Source: Raja brachyura (taxonomy: Eukaryota). Taken from it: DNA of 64,000 nt. How positions within the stretch are numbered: position 1 is the stretch's first letter; each line of letters opens with the position of its first letter. Made by a program: the position numbers and the translations under genes. Of the stretch, positions 1 to 13,192 are shown piece after piece. The notes below the pieces were generated by a model, which saw only the letters and a list, made by a program, of their open reading frames with translations, did no database searches and was not told the origin of the DNA. The DNA is taken from assembly GCA_963514005.1 (NCBI GenBank), contig OY740789.1:21514001-21578000 (forward strand). The letters are read 5' to 3'.

Positions 1-9
1 ACTTTCCAT

Positions 10-135
10 GTGCGATGAGCCATTTGTCAGTAAAGGCAGATCTAAATGATGAAATTTGAACATTGCCAGTGCAAGCACAACTTTAGTTGTCTGAGAAAAC
101 AACCATTTGACAATCAAAATCTCATATCTAGTTCA
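10..135 (+). mobile_element. Degenerate RTE-clade LINE fragment
   Basis: Broken translation HLSVKADLNDEI..CQCAST..CLRKQPF resembles the RTE RT C-terminal region. Confidence 0.45.
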
Positions 136-385
136 GTTTCCATGATGTTTCCATCAGTGATTTACCAAAACAAAAATAAAACTTTCAAAATAGTTAATTA
201 GATCATAAGCGAGAATTGCTGAGATTTTGTAAGTTCACAGGATTCAAACGCATGGAGTAAAGGTTTGGGGCTTGTGTCGAAATGTAGTAATTCAATTCAT
301 ATATACAGTTGAATATATTTATTTCTTGCATGGCACAAGATTGTCATTAATTCGATCAAAAGCAGCAGTGACAGGCACATATTCC

Positions 386-1304
386 TCAAGTCGTCAAGAG
401 AGTTTATTGTCATGTGTCCCAGATAGGACAATGAAATTCTTGCTTTGCTTCAGCACAACAGAATATAGTAGGCATGAATATAGGACACATCAGTGGTTCC
501 ATATACCATTACATAAATATATACACACATCAATAAATAAATAGATACAGTGCAATAAACAGATAATAGTCTATTAATGTTCAGAGATTTGTTGCAGTTG
601 AGTTTAATAGCCTGATGGTTGTGGGGAAGAAGCTGCTCCTGAACCTGAATGTTGCAGTCTTCAGGCTCCTGTACGTTCTACCTGAAGGTAGCGGGGAGAT
701 AAGTGGGTGGCCAAGATGGTGTGGGTCCTTGATGATGCTGCCAGCCTTTTTGAGGCAGCAACTGCGATAGATCCCCTCGATGGTAGGGAGGTCAGAGCCG
801 ATGATGGACTGGGCTGTGTTTACTACTTTTTGTGGTCTTTTTCCGCTCCTGGGCGCTCAAGTTGCCGAACCAAGCCACGATGCAACCGTTCAGCATGTTC
901 TCTACTGTGCACCTGTAGAAGTTAGAGAGAGTCCTCCTTGACATACCGACTCCCTGTAATCTTCCCAGGAAGTAGAGGCGCTGATGTGCTTTCTTTAAAA
1001 TTGCATCAGTGTTCTCGGACCAGGAGAAACTTCAGAAATATGCATGCCCAGGAATTTGAAGTTCTTGACCCTCTCCACCATCGACCCGTTGATATAAACG
1101 GGACTGTTTATGGTGGGTCCCCATCCTACCCCTTCCAAATTCCACAATCAGTTCCTTGGTTTTGCTGGCGTTGAGGCCCAGGTTATTGTGCTGGCACCAT
1201 TTGGTCAGTCGGTCGATCTCACTTCTATACTCTGACTCGTCCCCATCACTGATACGTCCCACAACAGTGGTGTCATCAGCGAACTTGATGATGGAGTTCG
1301 CACT
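386..1304 (-). mobile_element. Rex1/Babar LINE, 5'-truncated
   Basis: KFADDT motif at ~1270-1286, DESEYRSEIDRLTKWCQHNNL-LNASKTKELIVEF, and a Rex1-type 3' tail with GACAATAAAC. Confidence 0.85.
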
Positions 1305-1344
1305 AATAACAAGTTAACAAAAAGGGTTCTATCCAAAGATCCAT

Positions 1345-2165
1345 CGAGTCATAGAGTCTTATAGGCCCTTTAGTCCAACTTATCCATGCCGACCAAGATG
1401 CCTCTTGTCTTATTTGCCCGTGTTTGCCCCAAATTGTTCTAAATCTTTCTTATCCATGTACCTTTCCAAATACCCTTATTATAACAATACTTATTGTTAT
1501 AATACCTACCTCAACTACCTCCTCTGAAACCCACCACCATCTGTGTGAAAAAGTTACCCCTCAGATTCCTATTAAATCTTACCCTCTCACTTATATTCTC
1601 TGGTTCTTGAAACACCGATTTTGGTTAAAGTCTGTGCATTCACCTTATCTATTCCCCTCATGATTTTATACATCTCTATAAGATAATCTACACTCCAAGG
1701 AATAACATCCGTGCCTGCCAAACTTCTCCCTGTAGTTCAAGTCCTCAAATCCTGGCAACATCGTTGTAAAGATTCTCTGCACTTTACATCATTCCTATAA
1801 TAAGGTTACCAGAACTGAACACAATATTTCAAATATAGCCTTAACAACTGTAACATAATATCACAGCTTCTATACTAAAAACCCTGACTGATTAAGGCCA
1901 ATTCACCAAATGCCTTCTTGAGCACCCTATCTACCTGTGACACCACTTTTAGGAAACCATGTATCTGACTCCCACAACCCTCTGTGCTACAACTCTCCCC
2001 ATCAAATGTGAAAGTCCTGCCCTGGTTTGATTTGCAAAAATGCAACACTTCACACTTATGTGCATTAAACTTATCCAACTTGCCCACCTGATTAAGGTTC
2101 TGCTATAATTTTTGATAACCATCTTCACTATCTACAATACCACCTACATTGGTGTCCAGTGCTGT
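1345..2165 (-). mobile_element. Old CR1 LINE fragment
   Basis: Decayed KCEVLHF...SQVDRVLKKAFG RT C-terminus and CR1 3' end. Confidence 0.75.
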
Positions 2166-2409
2166 CTGCAAAGCACTACATATTTATGACAAATCTTTGC
2201 ATTGTATACTTTTTTCACAGTAGGGGAAGATAAATCCAATCCAGCCCTGTCAGTCTACTCTCATGGTGATGGAAGGGATTATTGTACCGATAAACAACTT
2301 TTATTAACCAATAAACAATACAGTTTGAGTTTCGCCAGAATCACTTGCCTCCAGACCTTCTTATTTTTCCAAAATAATTCTTAGTCCAACAACCATGATT
2401 CTAAAGCAA

Positions 2410-2730
2410 GAATTGTGTAAAATTATGAGGCGGATAGATGGGGTGCAGAGTCATAATATTTTTCCCATAATGGATAAGTCATCTACTAGAGGGCAATGAT
2501 TTAAGGTGAGAGAGGCAAAGTTTAAAGGAGATGTGCAGGGCAAGTGGGAGGTGAGTGTCTGGAATGTGTTGCCGGAGAGGTGGTTGATGCAGATTTGATA
2601 GTGGTATTTGAGACTTCTGGATATGCAAATGAATATGCAGGGAATGGGGAGATATAGATTATGTGCAGGCAGATAAGAGGCTCAGCACAGATATTATGAC
2701 TGAAGAGTCTGTTCTTGTGCCGTGTTCTAC
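2410..2730 (+). mobile_element. Old CR1 3' end
   Basis: Decayed KIMRxIDxV...TRGxxFKVRxxKFKG pattern plus CR1-like 3' UTR. Confidence 0.65.
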
Positions 2731-2789
2731 ATTAAAAGTGATTTTTTGACATCAAAAGGACATTCGATGAGAAAATGTCTACAAAATTC

Positions 2790-3135
2790 AAGTCAAAGCA
2801 AATCAAGCAGGGAGTTTTTCAATGGCTGGAATCATTGCTCGCACAAAGGGTGATGTGGTTGTGTTTGAAGTGTAATCCTCTCAAGCAATGCAGTAAGAGT
2901 TCCTTGAGCACTATTCCAGGCCCAATCAGCGTCAACTGATTTACCGCTGGGCCTTTGCTTCATCATGCAAGCGACAGAAGATATTTCCTGGTGATTTCAA
3001 AGCTCCATTCATAACTCCTTTAAAAACAAAGCCAACATGCAGCAGGACGTTCATAACATTCAGCATTAGGTTAATAAGTGGCAAGTAACATCATGCAAGT
3101 GCTCAACAATAACTCCTTCCAACGGGAGGGAGAAT
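2790..3135 (+). mobile_element. Highly decayed CR1-group RT fragment
   Basis: Remnants of WLESxLAQR...VP-GxxxGP and MQQDxxNIQxxxxKWQVT motifs. Confidence 0.5.
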
Positions 3136-3522
3136 GCATCCAACCAAGAATAGCATTAAGGTTAAAGATCAACCATTATTTGAATGAATGGCAGGGCATG
3201 CACAAGAAGCCAAAATGCCTACACAATAAACAGAAATGTTCAAACATCTCTATGGAAGGCTTGTCGGGAAAGTCTGATTGATCATGCTCCTCTGTTAAAA
3301 TTTGCCACACAAATATGACATTATTTGTCCATCAATCAAAGGGAGTCGGGAGCTTGTGATAACAACCTGCTTTATTTCAAGTTTACATGTGAACAATAAA
3401 AGGGGTTATTTTCATTCAGGAGTTTCTGCCTCTCAAATTACCTTGTGCACAAAAACATATTTGGCTTCCCTAGGAGCATGGAACTTTTGCACGTAGCGTA
3501 TATGTGAGGAACAGAAGATCAT

Positions 3523-5720
3523 ATAGAAACATAGAAAATAGGTGCAGGAGCAGGCCATTCGGCCCTTCGAGCCAGCACCGCCATTCATTGTGATCATGGC
3601 TGATCGTCCCCAATCCATAACCCGTGCCTGCCTTCTCCCCATATCCCTCTAGTCCACTAGCCCCTGGAGCTCTATCCTACTCTCTCTTAAATCCACCCAG
3701 TGATTTGGCCTCCACTGCCCTCTGTGGCAGGGAATTCCACAAATTCACAACTCTCTGGGTGAAAACGTCTTTTCTCACCTCAGTCTTAAATGGCCTCCCC
3801 TTTATTCTAAGACTGTGGCCCCTGGTTCTGGACTTGCCCAACATTGGGAACATTTTTCCTGCATCTAGCTTGTCCAGTCCTTTTATAATTTTATATGTTT
3901 CGATAATATCCCCCCCTCATCCTAATAACCTCCAGTGAATACAAGCTTAGTCTTTTCAGTGTTTCCTCATATGACAGTGCCGCCATCCCAGGGATCAATC
4001 TCGTGAACCTACGCTGCACTGCATCAATCACAAGGATGTCCTTCCTCAAATTAGGAGACCAAAACTGTACACAATACTCCAGATATGGTCTTACCAGAAC
4101 ACTGTAGAACTGCAGAAGAACCTCTTTACTCCTGTACTGAAATCCTCTTGTTATGAAGGGCAGCATTCCATTAGCTTTCTTCACTGCCTACCGTTCCTGC
4201 ACACCAACTTTCAGTGACTGGTGTACAAGGACACCCAGGTCTCGCTGTACCTCCCCCTTACCTAACCTAACCCCATTGAGATAATAATCTGCCCCCTTGT
4301 TTTTGCCACCAAAGTGGATAACCTCACATTTATCTATATTATACTGCATCTGCCACACATCTGCCCACTCACTCAACCTGTCCAGGTCACCCTGCAACAT
4401 CCTAACATCCTCTTTACAGTTCACACTGTCACCTAGCCTTGTGTCATCTGCAAACTTGCTAGTGTTGCTCCTAATTCCCTCTTCCAAATCATTAATATAT
4501 ATGGTAAACAGTTGCGGCCCCAACACCGAGCCTTGCGGCACTCCACTCGCCACTGCCTGTCATTCTGAAAAGGACCCGTTCACTCCTACTCTTTGCTTCC
4601 AGTCTGCCAACCAATTTTCTATCCATGACAACACCCTACCCACAATACCATGTGCTCTAATTTTAGTTACCAGTCTCCCATGCGGGACCTTATCAAAGGC
4701 TTTCTGAAAGTCTAGATACACTACATCCACTGTCGCCCCTTTATCCATTTTACTTGTCACATCCTCAAAAAATTCCAGAAGATTAGTCAAGCATGATTTT
4801 CCTTTCATAAATCCATGCTGACTTGGACTAATCCTTTTACTGCTATCCAAATGCCCCATTATTACCTCTTTAATAATTGACTCCAGCATCTTTCCCACCA
4901 CCAAATTTAGGCTAACTGGTCTGTAATTCCCCGTTTTCTCTCTCGCTCCTTTCTTGAAAAGTGGGATAACATTAGCTATCCTCCAGTCCACAGGCAAGGA
5001 TCCTGAATCTATTGAACATTGGAAAAACATCACCAATGCGATCACTATTTCTAGAGCCACCTCTGAGGACCCTGGGATGCAGACCATCAAGCCCAGGAGA
5101 TTTATCATCCTTCAGTCCCATTAGCCTACCCAATACTATTTCTCGCCTAATGAAAATTTCTTTCAGTTCCTCTACCCCCTTAGATCGTCTGTCCTCCAGT
5201 ACATCTGGGAGATTATTTGTGTCTTCCTTAGTGAAGACAGATCCGATGTACCTATTCAACTCTTCTGCCATTTCCTTGTTACCCATAATAATTTCATCCG
5301 TGTCTGCCTTCAAGGGACTCACATTTGACTTGCTACTCTTTTTCCCTTAACATATCCAAAGAAGCTTTTACTGTCCTTATTAATAGTCCTGGCCATCTTC
5401 CCCTCGTACTTCATCTTTTCAGCCCGTATTGCCCGTTTCGTTTCCTTCTGTTGTCCTATGAAAGTTTACCAATCCTCTGGCTTCCGGCTACTCTTTGCTG
5501 TGTTATACATCTTTTCTTTTAGTTTTATTCTACCCCTAACTTCTCTTTTCAGCCACGGTTGCCTCCTACTCCCCTTAGAATCTTTCTTCCTTTTTGGAAT
5601 GAAATGATCCTGCGTCTTCCGGTTTATGCCCAGAAATTCCTGCCATTGCTGTTCCACCATCATTCATGCTAGGATCCCTTTCCAGTCTACCTTGCCAGCT
5701 CCCATGCCTTCATAGTCCCC
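3523..5720 (-). mobile_element. HER1-type CR1 LINE (RT region, 5'-truncated, frameshifted)
   Basis: ORFs with NYRPVSL, QHGF, YLDFQKAFDKVPH, GVPQGSVLGP and KFADDT; conserved 3' stem-loop and (TTCTATGT)-type tail. Confidence 0.95.
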
Positions 5721-6479
5721 ATATGAAATTAAAATGTTATCTTACGTTTTAAAATGTAAAGTGTTATTAACTTGATTGGTCTACATTGTAATTCTCGAAC
5801 AATAAAAAATCTGCACCATAAAAGCGGTGATCAAAGATAATGCAACTTTTCATGTGGAGCATTTCGACTGAGACAACTGGAGGAAAGTCAAGAGGCTATT
5901 CTGACTAGAATGCTCAGTGCCCATTTTGTACTCTTTTCAATGATAAGCATCACTGTTGCTTGCCAGCTATCCGACTCAGCAGCTAAATAACTATTGTAAC
6001 AATATTCTAATTTGGCAAATAGTTGAAACATTCAAACAGTTATGTCAGATTAAAAAAATAATTATAAACATCAAATAAAGTAGTTAAGTAGTTATTGGCG
6101 CTGGGGCTTAGAGTTTGCAATTGTAGCAAACAGTACAATTTAACACCAAGGTCAAAACTAGAAAAGCAAAGCACAAAATGCATTCCCTTTTGTCAGAAAT
6201 ACTGTTTACACATGTGTTTAAGCCAGCATTTTGTCCCTGGTATCTCATAGCAACATAATTCACAGCTGGTCAGTTTGGCTATGGTGACCCTGGCATTTAT
6301 TACCTTCATATCTTGAAATCTTATTAAAAATCCTTTTAAGGGTGCACTAAATTGAATCTATAGTAAAATCGAGTACCCCTATATAATGAACAATGCAGGA
6401 CATACAATTAACAAATTGTTCCTTGTGTTTACCTTGAATATAAGTTACTGAAGTCATACCAATCACAACTGCTGTTACA

Positions 6480-6627
6480 CAGTGCATTCAGAAAGTATTC
6501 AGACCCTTCACTTTTTCCACATTTTGTTACGTTATAGCCTTATTCTAAAATGGATTAAATTCATTTTTTTTATCATCAATCTACATACAATACCCCATAA
6601 TAAAAAAGTGAAAACAGGCATTTTGAA
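6480..6627 (+). mobile_element. Tc1-like DNA transposon terminal fragment
   Basis: Begins CAGTGCATTCAGAAAGTATTCAGACCC...TTTTTCCACATTTTGTTACGTTATAGCCTTATTCTAAAATGGATTAAAT, a Tc1 TIR I recall from teleost/amphibian genomes. No transposase or partner TIR was found. Confidence 0.75.
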
Positions 6628-6929
6628 AACTCCCTCTTAAATATAGCCAATGAACTGGCCTCAACTACCTTCTGTGGCAGAGAATTCCTCAGATTCACCA
6701 TTCTGTGTGTGAAAAATGTTTTTCTCATCTTGGTCCTAAAAGACTTCCCCCTTATCCTTAAACTGTGATACCTTGATCTGGACTTCCCCAACATCGGGAC
6801 CAATCTTCCTGCATCTAGCCTGTCCAACCCCTTAAGAATTTTGTACGTTTCTATAAGATCCCCCCTCAATCTTCTAAATTCTAGCGCATACAAGCTGAGT
6901 CTATCCAGTTTTTCTTCATATGAAAGTCC
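6627..6929 (-). mobile_element. CR1 3' ORF2 fragment
   Basis: SYEEKLDRLSLYALEFRRLRGDLIETYKIL...FFTHRMVNLRNSLP. Confidence 0.9.
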
Positions 6930-7742
6930 TTCTTCTTCTTCTTTCATGTGGCGTGCACAGCCTAAAACAACCTTCCACCATCATCCACCGCTTCCTACTA
7001 TCAAGTCAATTATATATCCAATTAGTGAGTTCTCATTGGATCCCACGCAATCCAAACTTCTGGACTAGCCTACCATAGGAACCTTATCAAAAGCCCTACT
7101 GAGGTAAATACACACAACGTCTTAATTCCCACCTTCATCAATCCTCCTGGTTACCTTTTTGAAAAGTAGCACATATGGTCAAACCAATGATCTGGTACAA
7201 GTTCAGTATAGCTTCTGCTTTTCAATTCTGTCTCATCAGAATTGATTCCCTTTCCTATTACCTACATTTTGATGATCTTAACAAAATCATCCTTATCTTT
7301 TCAAGCATCTGCCCCATTTTTGTTTACATGGAGCAAGGACATCAAAGTAAATTGGAAAATAGGGAAACTGGAACAAGTTACATTTTTCTCATAACTGTGC
7401 AAATCAATTACTAGTAGTCAAATATTTAAAGTCAACCAAGCTTTAAGGAACATAGTACATTTTAGAAGGCAAGCGGAACAGATACAGTACATATGGTACT
7501 CTAATTTTGATTAAAAACAGAAGTATAATGTCATGACTGTTAGGGTTATCTACATTTGAAATAGTTTATTAATTACCCAACATGTTTTAATAGGGAATAA
7601 ATATATATTCTTGGTACAAAATTAATGGTGCATTGTGCTATGAATAGGTAAATCAGAATTCCGTTCACAAGAAAATCAAACTTGAAGAGAATCACAAACC
7701 CCATATAGATAACATTGAGCGCTCTCCAGGGCGCTCCATATA

Positions 7743-8200
7743 GAGCGCCCTGGAGAGGAAAAGACTACAAAAAATAGTAAACACTGCCCAGTCCATCATC
7801 GGCTCTGACCTTCCTTCCATCGAGGGAATCTATCACAGTCGCTGCCTCAAAAAGGCTGGCAGCATCATCAAGGACCCACACCACCCTGGCCACAGACTGA
7901 TCTCCCTGGTACCTTCGGGGAGAAGGTACAGGAGCCTGAGGACTGCATCGACCAGGTTCAGGAATAGCTACTTCCCCACAGCCATCAGGCTATTAAACTT
8001 GGCTCGGACAAAACTCTGAACATTAATACCACTCCATCTGTTATTTGCACTTTATCAATTTATTTATTCATGTGTGTATTTACGTATATAATTGTAGTCA
8101 ATGCCTCATATGTTCTGTTGTGCTATGCAAAGAAAGAATTTCATTGTCCTGTCAGGGACACATGACAATAAACTCTTTTGACTTTGACTTTGACTTTGAC
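7743..8200 (+). mobile_element. Rex1/Babar LINE 3' end with (TTGACT)n tail
   Basis: ERKRLQKIVNTAQSIIGSDLPSIEGIYHSRCLKKAGSIIKDPHHPGH...YFPTAIRLLN; tandem TTTGAC tail at ~8177-8200. Confidence 0.9.
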
Positions 8201-8790
8201 ATTGGAGGTCAGGATTGAATTCAGATCACCAGAGCTGCAAGGTAGTAGCACTGAAGACTCAAGGAGCTGTAGATGGTAGAATCTTGAGCAAAAAACAAAG
8301 TGCGGGAGTAACTCAGCGAGTCAGGCAGCATCTGTGGAGGGAATGTAGCTGGTCTACCAGCTGAGCTACTGTGCCTCCTTATTATCTACCAATTTGAGCT
8401 GTAATTTTTAGGACTGATATTTTTAGGACAGAACATGTTTAACAACTCCACTTCAATTATCATTTTAATTATCAACAATTGTCCATTTTATTTAATCTCC
8501 TAGTGGTAAGCTTAAATAGTACTTAAAGCACTATTTAAGTTCAGCACTGAAATAAGTGCATTTGTGGGGAATGGGTTTGATAGAACAATTATCAATCACA
8601 TTGGCCAAAAATTTTATTGCCATTTATCCACTGCATATAGTAAGACTTGTCACAGCTAATTGAGAAGTCCAATCTTGCGTGTCCAAAAGTTCTGCAATGA
8701 AGGAACTGCAAGGCCTCGAATAACAAGGAGTGACATGGCCTGGATGGCCAGAATGAGCTGAATATCAAAAACATTTTAAAAGTACCATGA

Positions 8791-11684
8791 TTGGATCAGA
8801 AACAGGAGAACTACTAGTACAATCTAAGGATATTAATGAGAGATTCCTACAATATTATCTCTACTCAGCTAAAATGATATATCACCGGACAGGAATGGAA
8901 GCATTCTTACAAAAATGCAACCTTAAAGGGTTAGATTTGAAAGATAGAGAATTAACTAGATGCTGAAATAATAGTAAACGAAATTGAAGAGTCTATCAGA
9001 TCTCTAAAAAATGGTAAGGCCCCGGGTCCCGCAGGTATAGGCTCTAAATTCTATTTAAAAATTTATGATCTGATTGCTCCACGTTTAAAGACACTGTATG
9101 AACATATCTATACCCAACAGAAACTACCAGAAACACTAAATGAATCTATAATAACACTTATACCAACAATAGATAAGGACCTGGAAGATCCAGGTTCATA
9201 TAGAGCTATAGCTCTCCTAAATACTGATTAAAAAATATTAACTAAAATCCTAGCACAAAGATTAAGCACAGTGATTAATAAATTAATACACCCGGACCAA
9301 TCAGGATTTATACCAAAACGCTACTCCTCATATAACCTGAGACTATTCAATATTATATACTCAAAGAGAAGTACAAATGAAGATCTAGTAATTATTTTGT
9401 TAGATGCTGAGAACACATTCGACCAGGTGGAATGGCCCTATTTATTTTTGGCCATGAAAATTTTTCAATTGGGCGAGAAGTTTAGTACATGGGTAAAACT
9501 TTTATATACTAATCCAACAGCTAGAATATCAACAAATCAAATGTTATCAGCTAAATTTAATTTATCTAGAGGCTGTAGACAAGGATGTCCGTTATCCCCA
9601 TTATTATTTGCACTCGCAAAAGAGCCACTAGCAGAAAGTGTTAGATCCCATCCTGAAATGTATGGGTATAATACTAAAGATACTGAGAATAAAATTTCCT
9701 TGTATGCAGATGATGTATTAATCTACATTACAAAACCTGAATTTAGTATCCCAAACTTATTAAATGTAATAACTCAATATGGCTCGTTCTCAGGATACAG
9801 AATTAATTGGAATAAAAGTGAAATCATGCCAATAATGGAAAGTAATCCACAAATATAACAACAATTTCCCTTCAAAATAGTAAATGAAAAATTGAAATAT
9901 CTTGGAATTTATGTAAAAAAGACATATACTTCTTTATTTAAACTTAACTTCCTGCCTTTATTGAATAAATTACATAAGAATATCTTATATTGGAAAACAC
10001 TACCTATCTCAATGTTTGGTAGAATTAATGCAATAAAAATGATTTTTCTCCCGCAATTACTGTACGTCTTTCAATCAATCCCGATATATCTCCCAAAAAC
10101 TTTTTTTTAAAAAGGTTGACTCTATAGTCACTAATTTTATTTGGGATTATAAGAACCACAGAATAAATAAAAAGCACTTATGTAAATCAAAAATAAATGG
10201 AGGTTTAGCCCTACCGAATTTGATGCTCTATTTCTGGGCAGTTAACATTAAAAATATGAATTTTTGGTTGAAAGAACTGGACCAACAACCAGATTGGTTA
10301 AACATGGAAAAGGAAGACTGTTTAACTTTTGAAATTGGGTCGATCTTATTTGCTATTCCTAAATTAAGCAAAAAAACCTATAGTGAAAACCCCATAATAT
10401 ATAGTGGAATATGCATTTGGAAACAATTAAAAAAGACACTAAAATTGGATAATTTATCACTACTTCTTCCCATTGTAAACAACCCTACATTTAAACCCTC
10501 AACGATGGATAAAGGTTTTCTACAATGGAAAAATCACGGAATTATAAAGATGGGTCATCTTTATAGGAAAGGTACATTCCTCTCATTCCAGGAGTTACAA
10601 CAAATTTATGGACTTCACTCAAATGACTACTTTAGATACCTACAACTTAGAGACTATGCTAAATCAAATACACAGGACTATAGAAATAGAAAGACAGAAA
10701 TTCTTGATGAATGTTTGAAAAACACCCTAACACAGAAAAATTAATATCTTATATTTATAATATCCTATTAGATAATGATGCACCTACGACAGAAATATAT
10801 AGGCAATCATGGGGAAATGAACTAGGCCAACCAATAAGGCAAGATATTTGGGACGAAAGTTTACAACATATACATCACTGTTCGTTAAATGCTAGACATT
10901 CTTTAATACAATTTAAAGTATTACATAGATTGCACTATTCAAAAACAAAATTAAATAGAATTTTCCCTAGTATATCTCCTATTTGTGAAAAATGTCAGCA
11001 CTTAGAGGCTAACCTAACGCACACATTTGTAAGTTGTATCAAAATTAATAATTTTCGACGGAAATTTTTAAGATAATTTCAGAAGTTGTCAACATCCAAT
11101 TGGACCCCGATTCAAAACTAATAATATTAGGAATATTAGAACAAAATCAAATATTTACAACAAGCCAAATAAACTTTATCGACTATAGCTTAATAATTGG
11201 GAAAAAATTAATATTAACATTTTGGAAAGGCCCTATAACACCCACAATTAAAATGTGGATTATGGAAATGTCGGAGACCCTACATTTGGAAAGATTAAGA
11301 TTTGTCTTAATGGACAAACAAGAACTATTTACTAGAATATGGTCTCCATTCATTGACTATTTGATGGGGCAAACCGGTTCGGCACGAGAACCTGACTGAA
11401 ACCCGAATCAAGGATTAGATGAAGAATTACATTTTATAATTAACGGACATATCTCCAATAATGTATAATTAGCTGATTATTCCATTCTCTTTAAATTTTT
11501 TGGTTTCTTTTCTCTCCCTCTCTATTATTTTCTATCTATATAAAAATAAAAAAATATATAGAAGTACAATTATTATACAATTGATAATATAAACAATATT
11601 AATAATGTATTACTACAAACAAAATGCTTTTTTATTATGTATTTACTTCTAATAAATAAAATTTTAAAAAAATTTAAAATTTAA
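8791..11684 (+). mobile_element. L1-clade LINE, 5'-truncated ORF2 with 3' UTR and A-rich tail
   Basis: DQSGFIP, RGCRQGCPLSPLLF, YADD and the C-terminal CCHC finger (CEKC...HTFVSC); AATAAA at 11651; 13-bp TSD AAAAGTACCATGA (8778-8790 and 11685-11697) at a TTTT/AAAA site. Confidence 0.95.
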
Positions 11685-12432
11685 AAAAGTACCATGAATG
11701 TTTAGCAAATTATTACAAATCTTGACATTAATTGTTACACCCAAAATAAAAATATTACATAAACATGTCTTGTTTATGGCCACAGCCCTACCATCCAAAA
11801 AAGATTTCTGCATATTGCCTAAAGGGAATTTCAGAAAGACTCAGTGGGTGAAAGTGGCGCTCTCTGTACTATACGAGTCTTATGATTCTCTGCAAGACTT
11901 ACAACTCCAATAATTGAAGACTTGGGAGGCAAAAGAGTAGAGGGTGGACTCGCAAAAGTTCTGCATACATTGAAGCAGGATCCATTCATGATCCATTCTA
12001 ATAGACTCTAGATAGTTACTGCAAACTTAATTCAATACGATGAGATGGCATTAACCTTTCTGTTAAAATTACAATTAATACTTCCCCATCATTCCCAAGC
12101 TTTCCAATATTCCCACCTTCTGAAAATGAGCATCCACTGCTAGGTTTTCTGCCTTCTACATCATAGTGTTGAGAGGAAGTGCAAGTTTCTTAGCACAGTT
12201 ACTGTAACTGTATTGTTACTTTTTTAGTTAGTATTTCTGTCTTTATGGACCACTATTTCTATAAAGATGGGGAAAAGGAAATTGGAACACAGCAAAAAAC
12301 TTAATCAAGTGTGCAAAATTTTAAAATAATAAAATTGTAACTTATTAAGCGGCTATCTCCACAGGGAAACATGGCAAATTAACAGAATGCAAAATGATCC
12401 AAGGAGATAACAGGCAATGTAACGGTTGACAT

Positions 12433-12722
12433 GACAATAGACAATAGACAATAGGTGCAGGAGTAGGCCATTTGGCCTTTCGAGCCAGCACCGCCATTCA
12501 ATGTGATCATGGCTGATCATCCCCAATCAGTACCCCGTTCCTGCCTTCTCCCCATATTCCCTGACTCCACTATTATTAGGAGCCCTATCTAGCTCTCTTT
12601 TGAAAGCATCCAGAGAACCTGCCTCCACCGCCCTCTGAGGCAGAGAATTCCACAGACTCACCACTCTCTGTGAGAAAAAGCGTTTCCTTGTCTCCGTTCT
12701 AAATGGCTTACTCCTTATTCTA
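12433..12722 (-). mobile_element. CR1 3' end with (GACAATA)n tail
   Basis: CR1 3' stem-loop GGTGCAGGAGTAGGCCATT and the ORF2 terminus. Confidence 0.85.
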
Positions 12723-13095
12723 ATATGAGTGCCCTACTTAACCACAAAGTGAGCCTTACACCTTTTTCCACTTAGGGACCAGGCAGGGCCGGCAGTAGGA
12801 GGTGCGGGGCCCAATTGGGAAACATTTTCATAGAAATATAAATAAATAATTATAAATGAGTCACGTGTCGTGAATAATATGACAGTCAGCCGGCTTTTAA
12901 AAAAATCTTAAACTGCGCAGATTGTTCTCTCCGTAAAAATAAAAATTAAAATAAATAAAGTAACAATTCAATTTTCCCATGGCTTCCAAATCTCCTTCTT
13001 TCTGAATTACTGAATGGGTGGGGGGTGGAGGGTGATGGCAGGTGCAAAGATGGTGGGCTAAAACGGGAGCACACCAGGACAAGTTGAATCAGTTG

Positions 13096-13192
13096 GTTAC
13101 ACAAAAAGCTGGAGAAACTGCTGCACCCGCTGAGTTTCTCCAGCTTTTTGTGTAACCCTCGATTCTCCAGCATCTGCAGTTCCTTCTTTAAC
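13096..13192 (+). mobile_element. Short Penelope-derived insertion with inverted 5' segment
   Basis: Flanked by the 15-bp TSD AAGTTGAATCAGTTG (13081-13095 / 13193-13207); same 3' end as other PLE copies. Confidence 0.85.

Noticed and set aside
4297-4707. Recurrent antisense ORFs over CR1 copies (also 16054-16335, 17699-18103, 24965-25456)
   Set aside because: Shadow frames of CR1 ORF2 that repeat because the element repeats; no independent evidence of coding.
7222-7245. Minus-strand ILMRQN resembling PPP4R4 exon 3 (FLMRQNP)
   Set aside because: Followed immediately by TGA, with no flanking similarity or splice sites; a chance match.
11903-12059. Minus-strand exon-like segment (TTTTAACAG ... 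GTT|GTAAGT)
   Set aside because: All three frames contain stops and the peptide is unrecognised; cannot be distinguished from a pseudo-exon.
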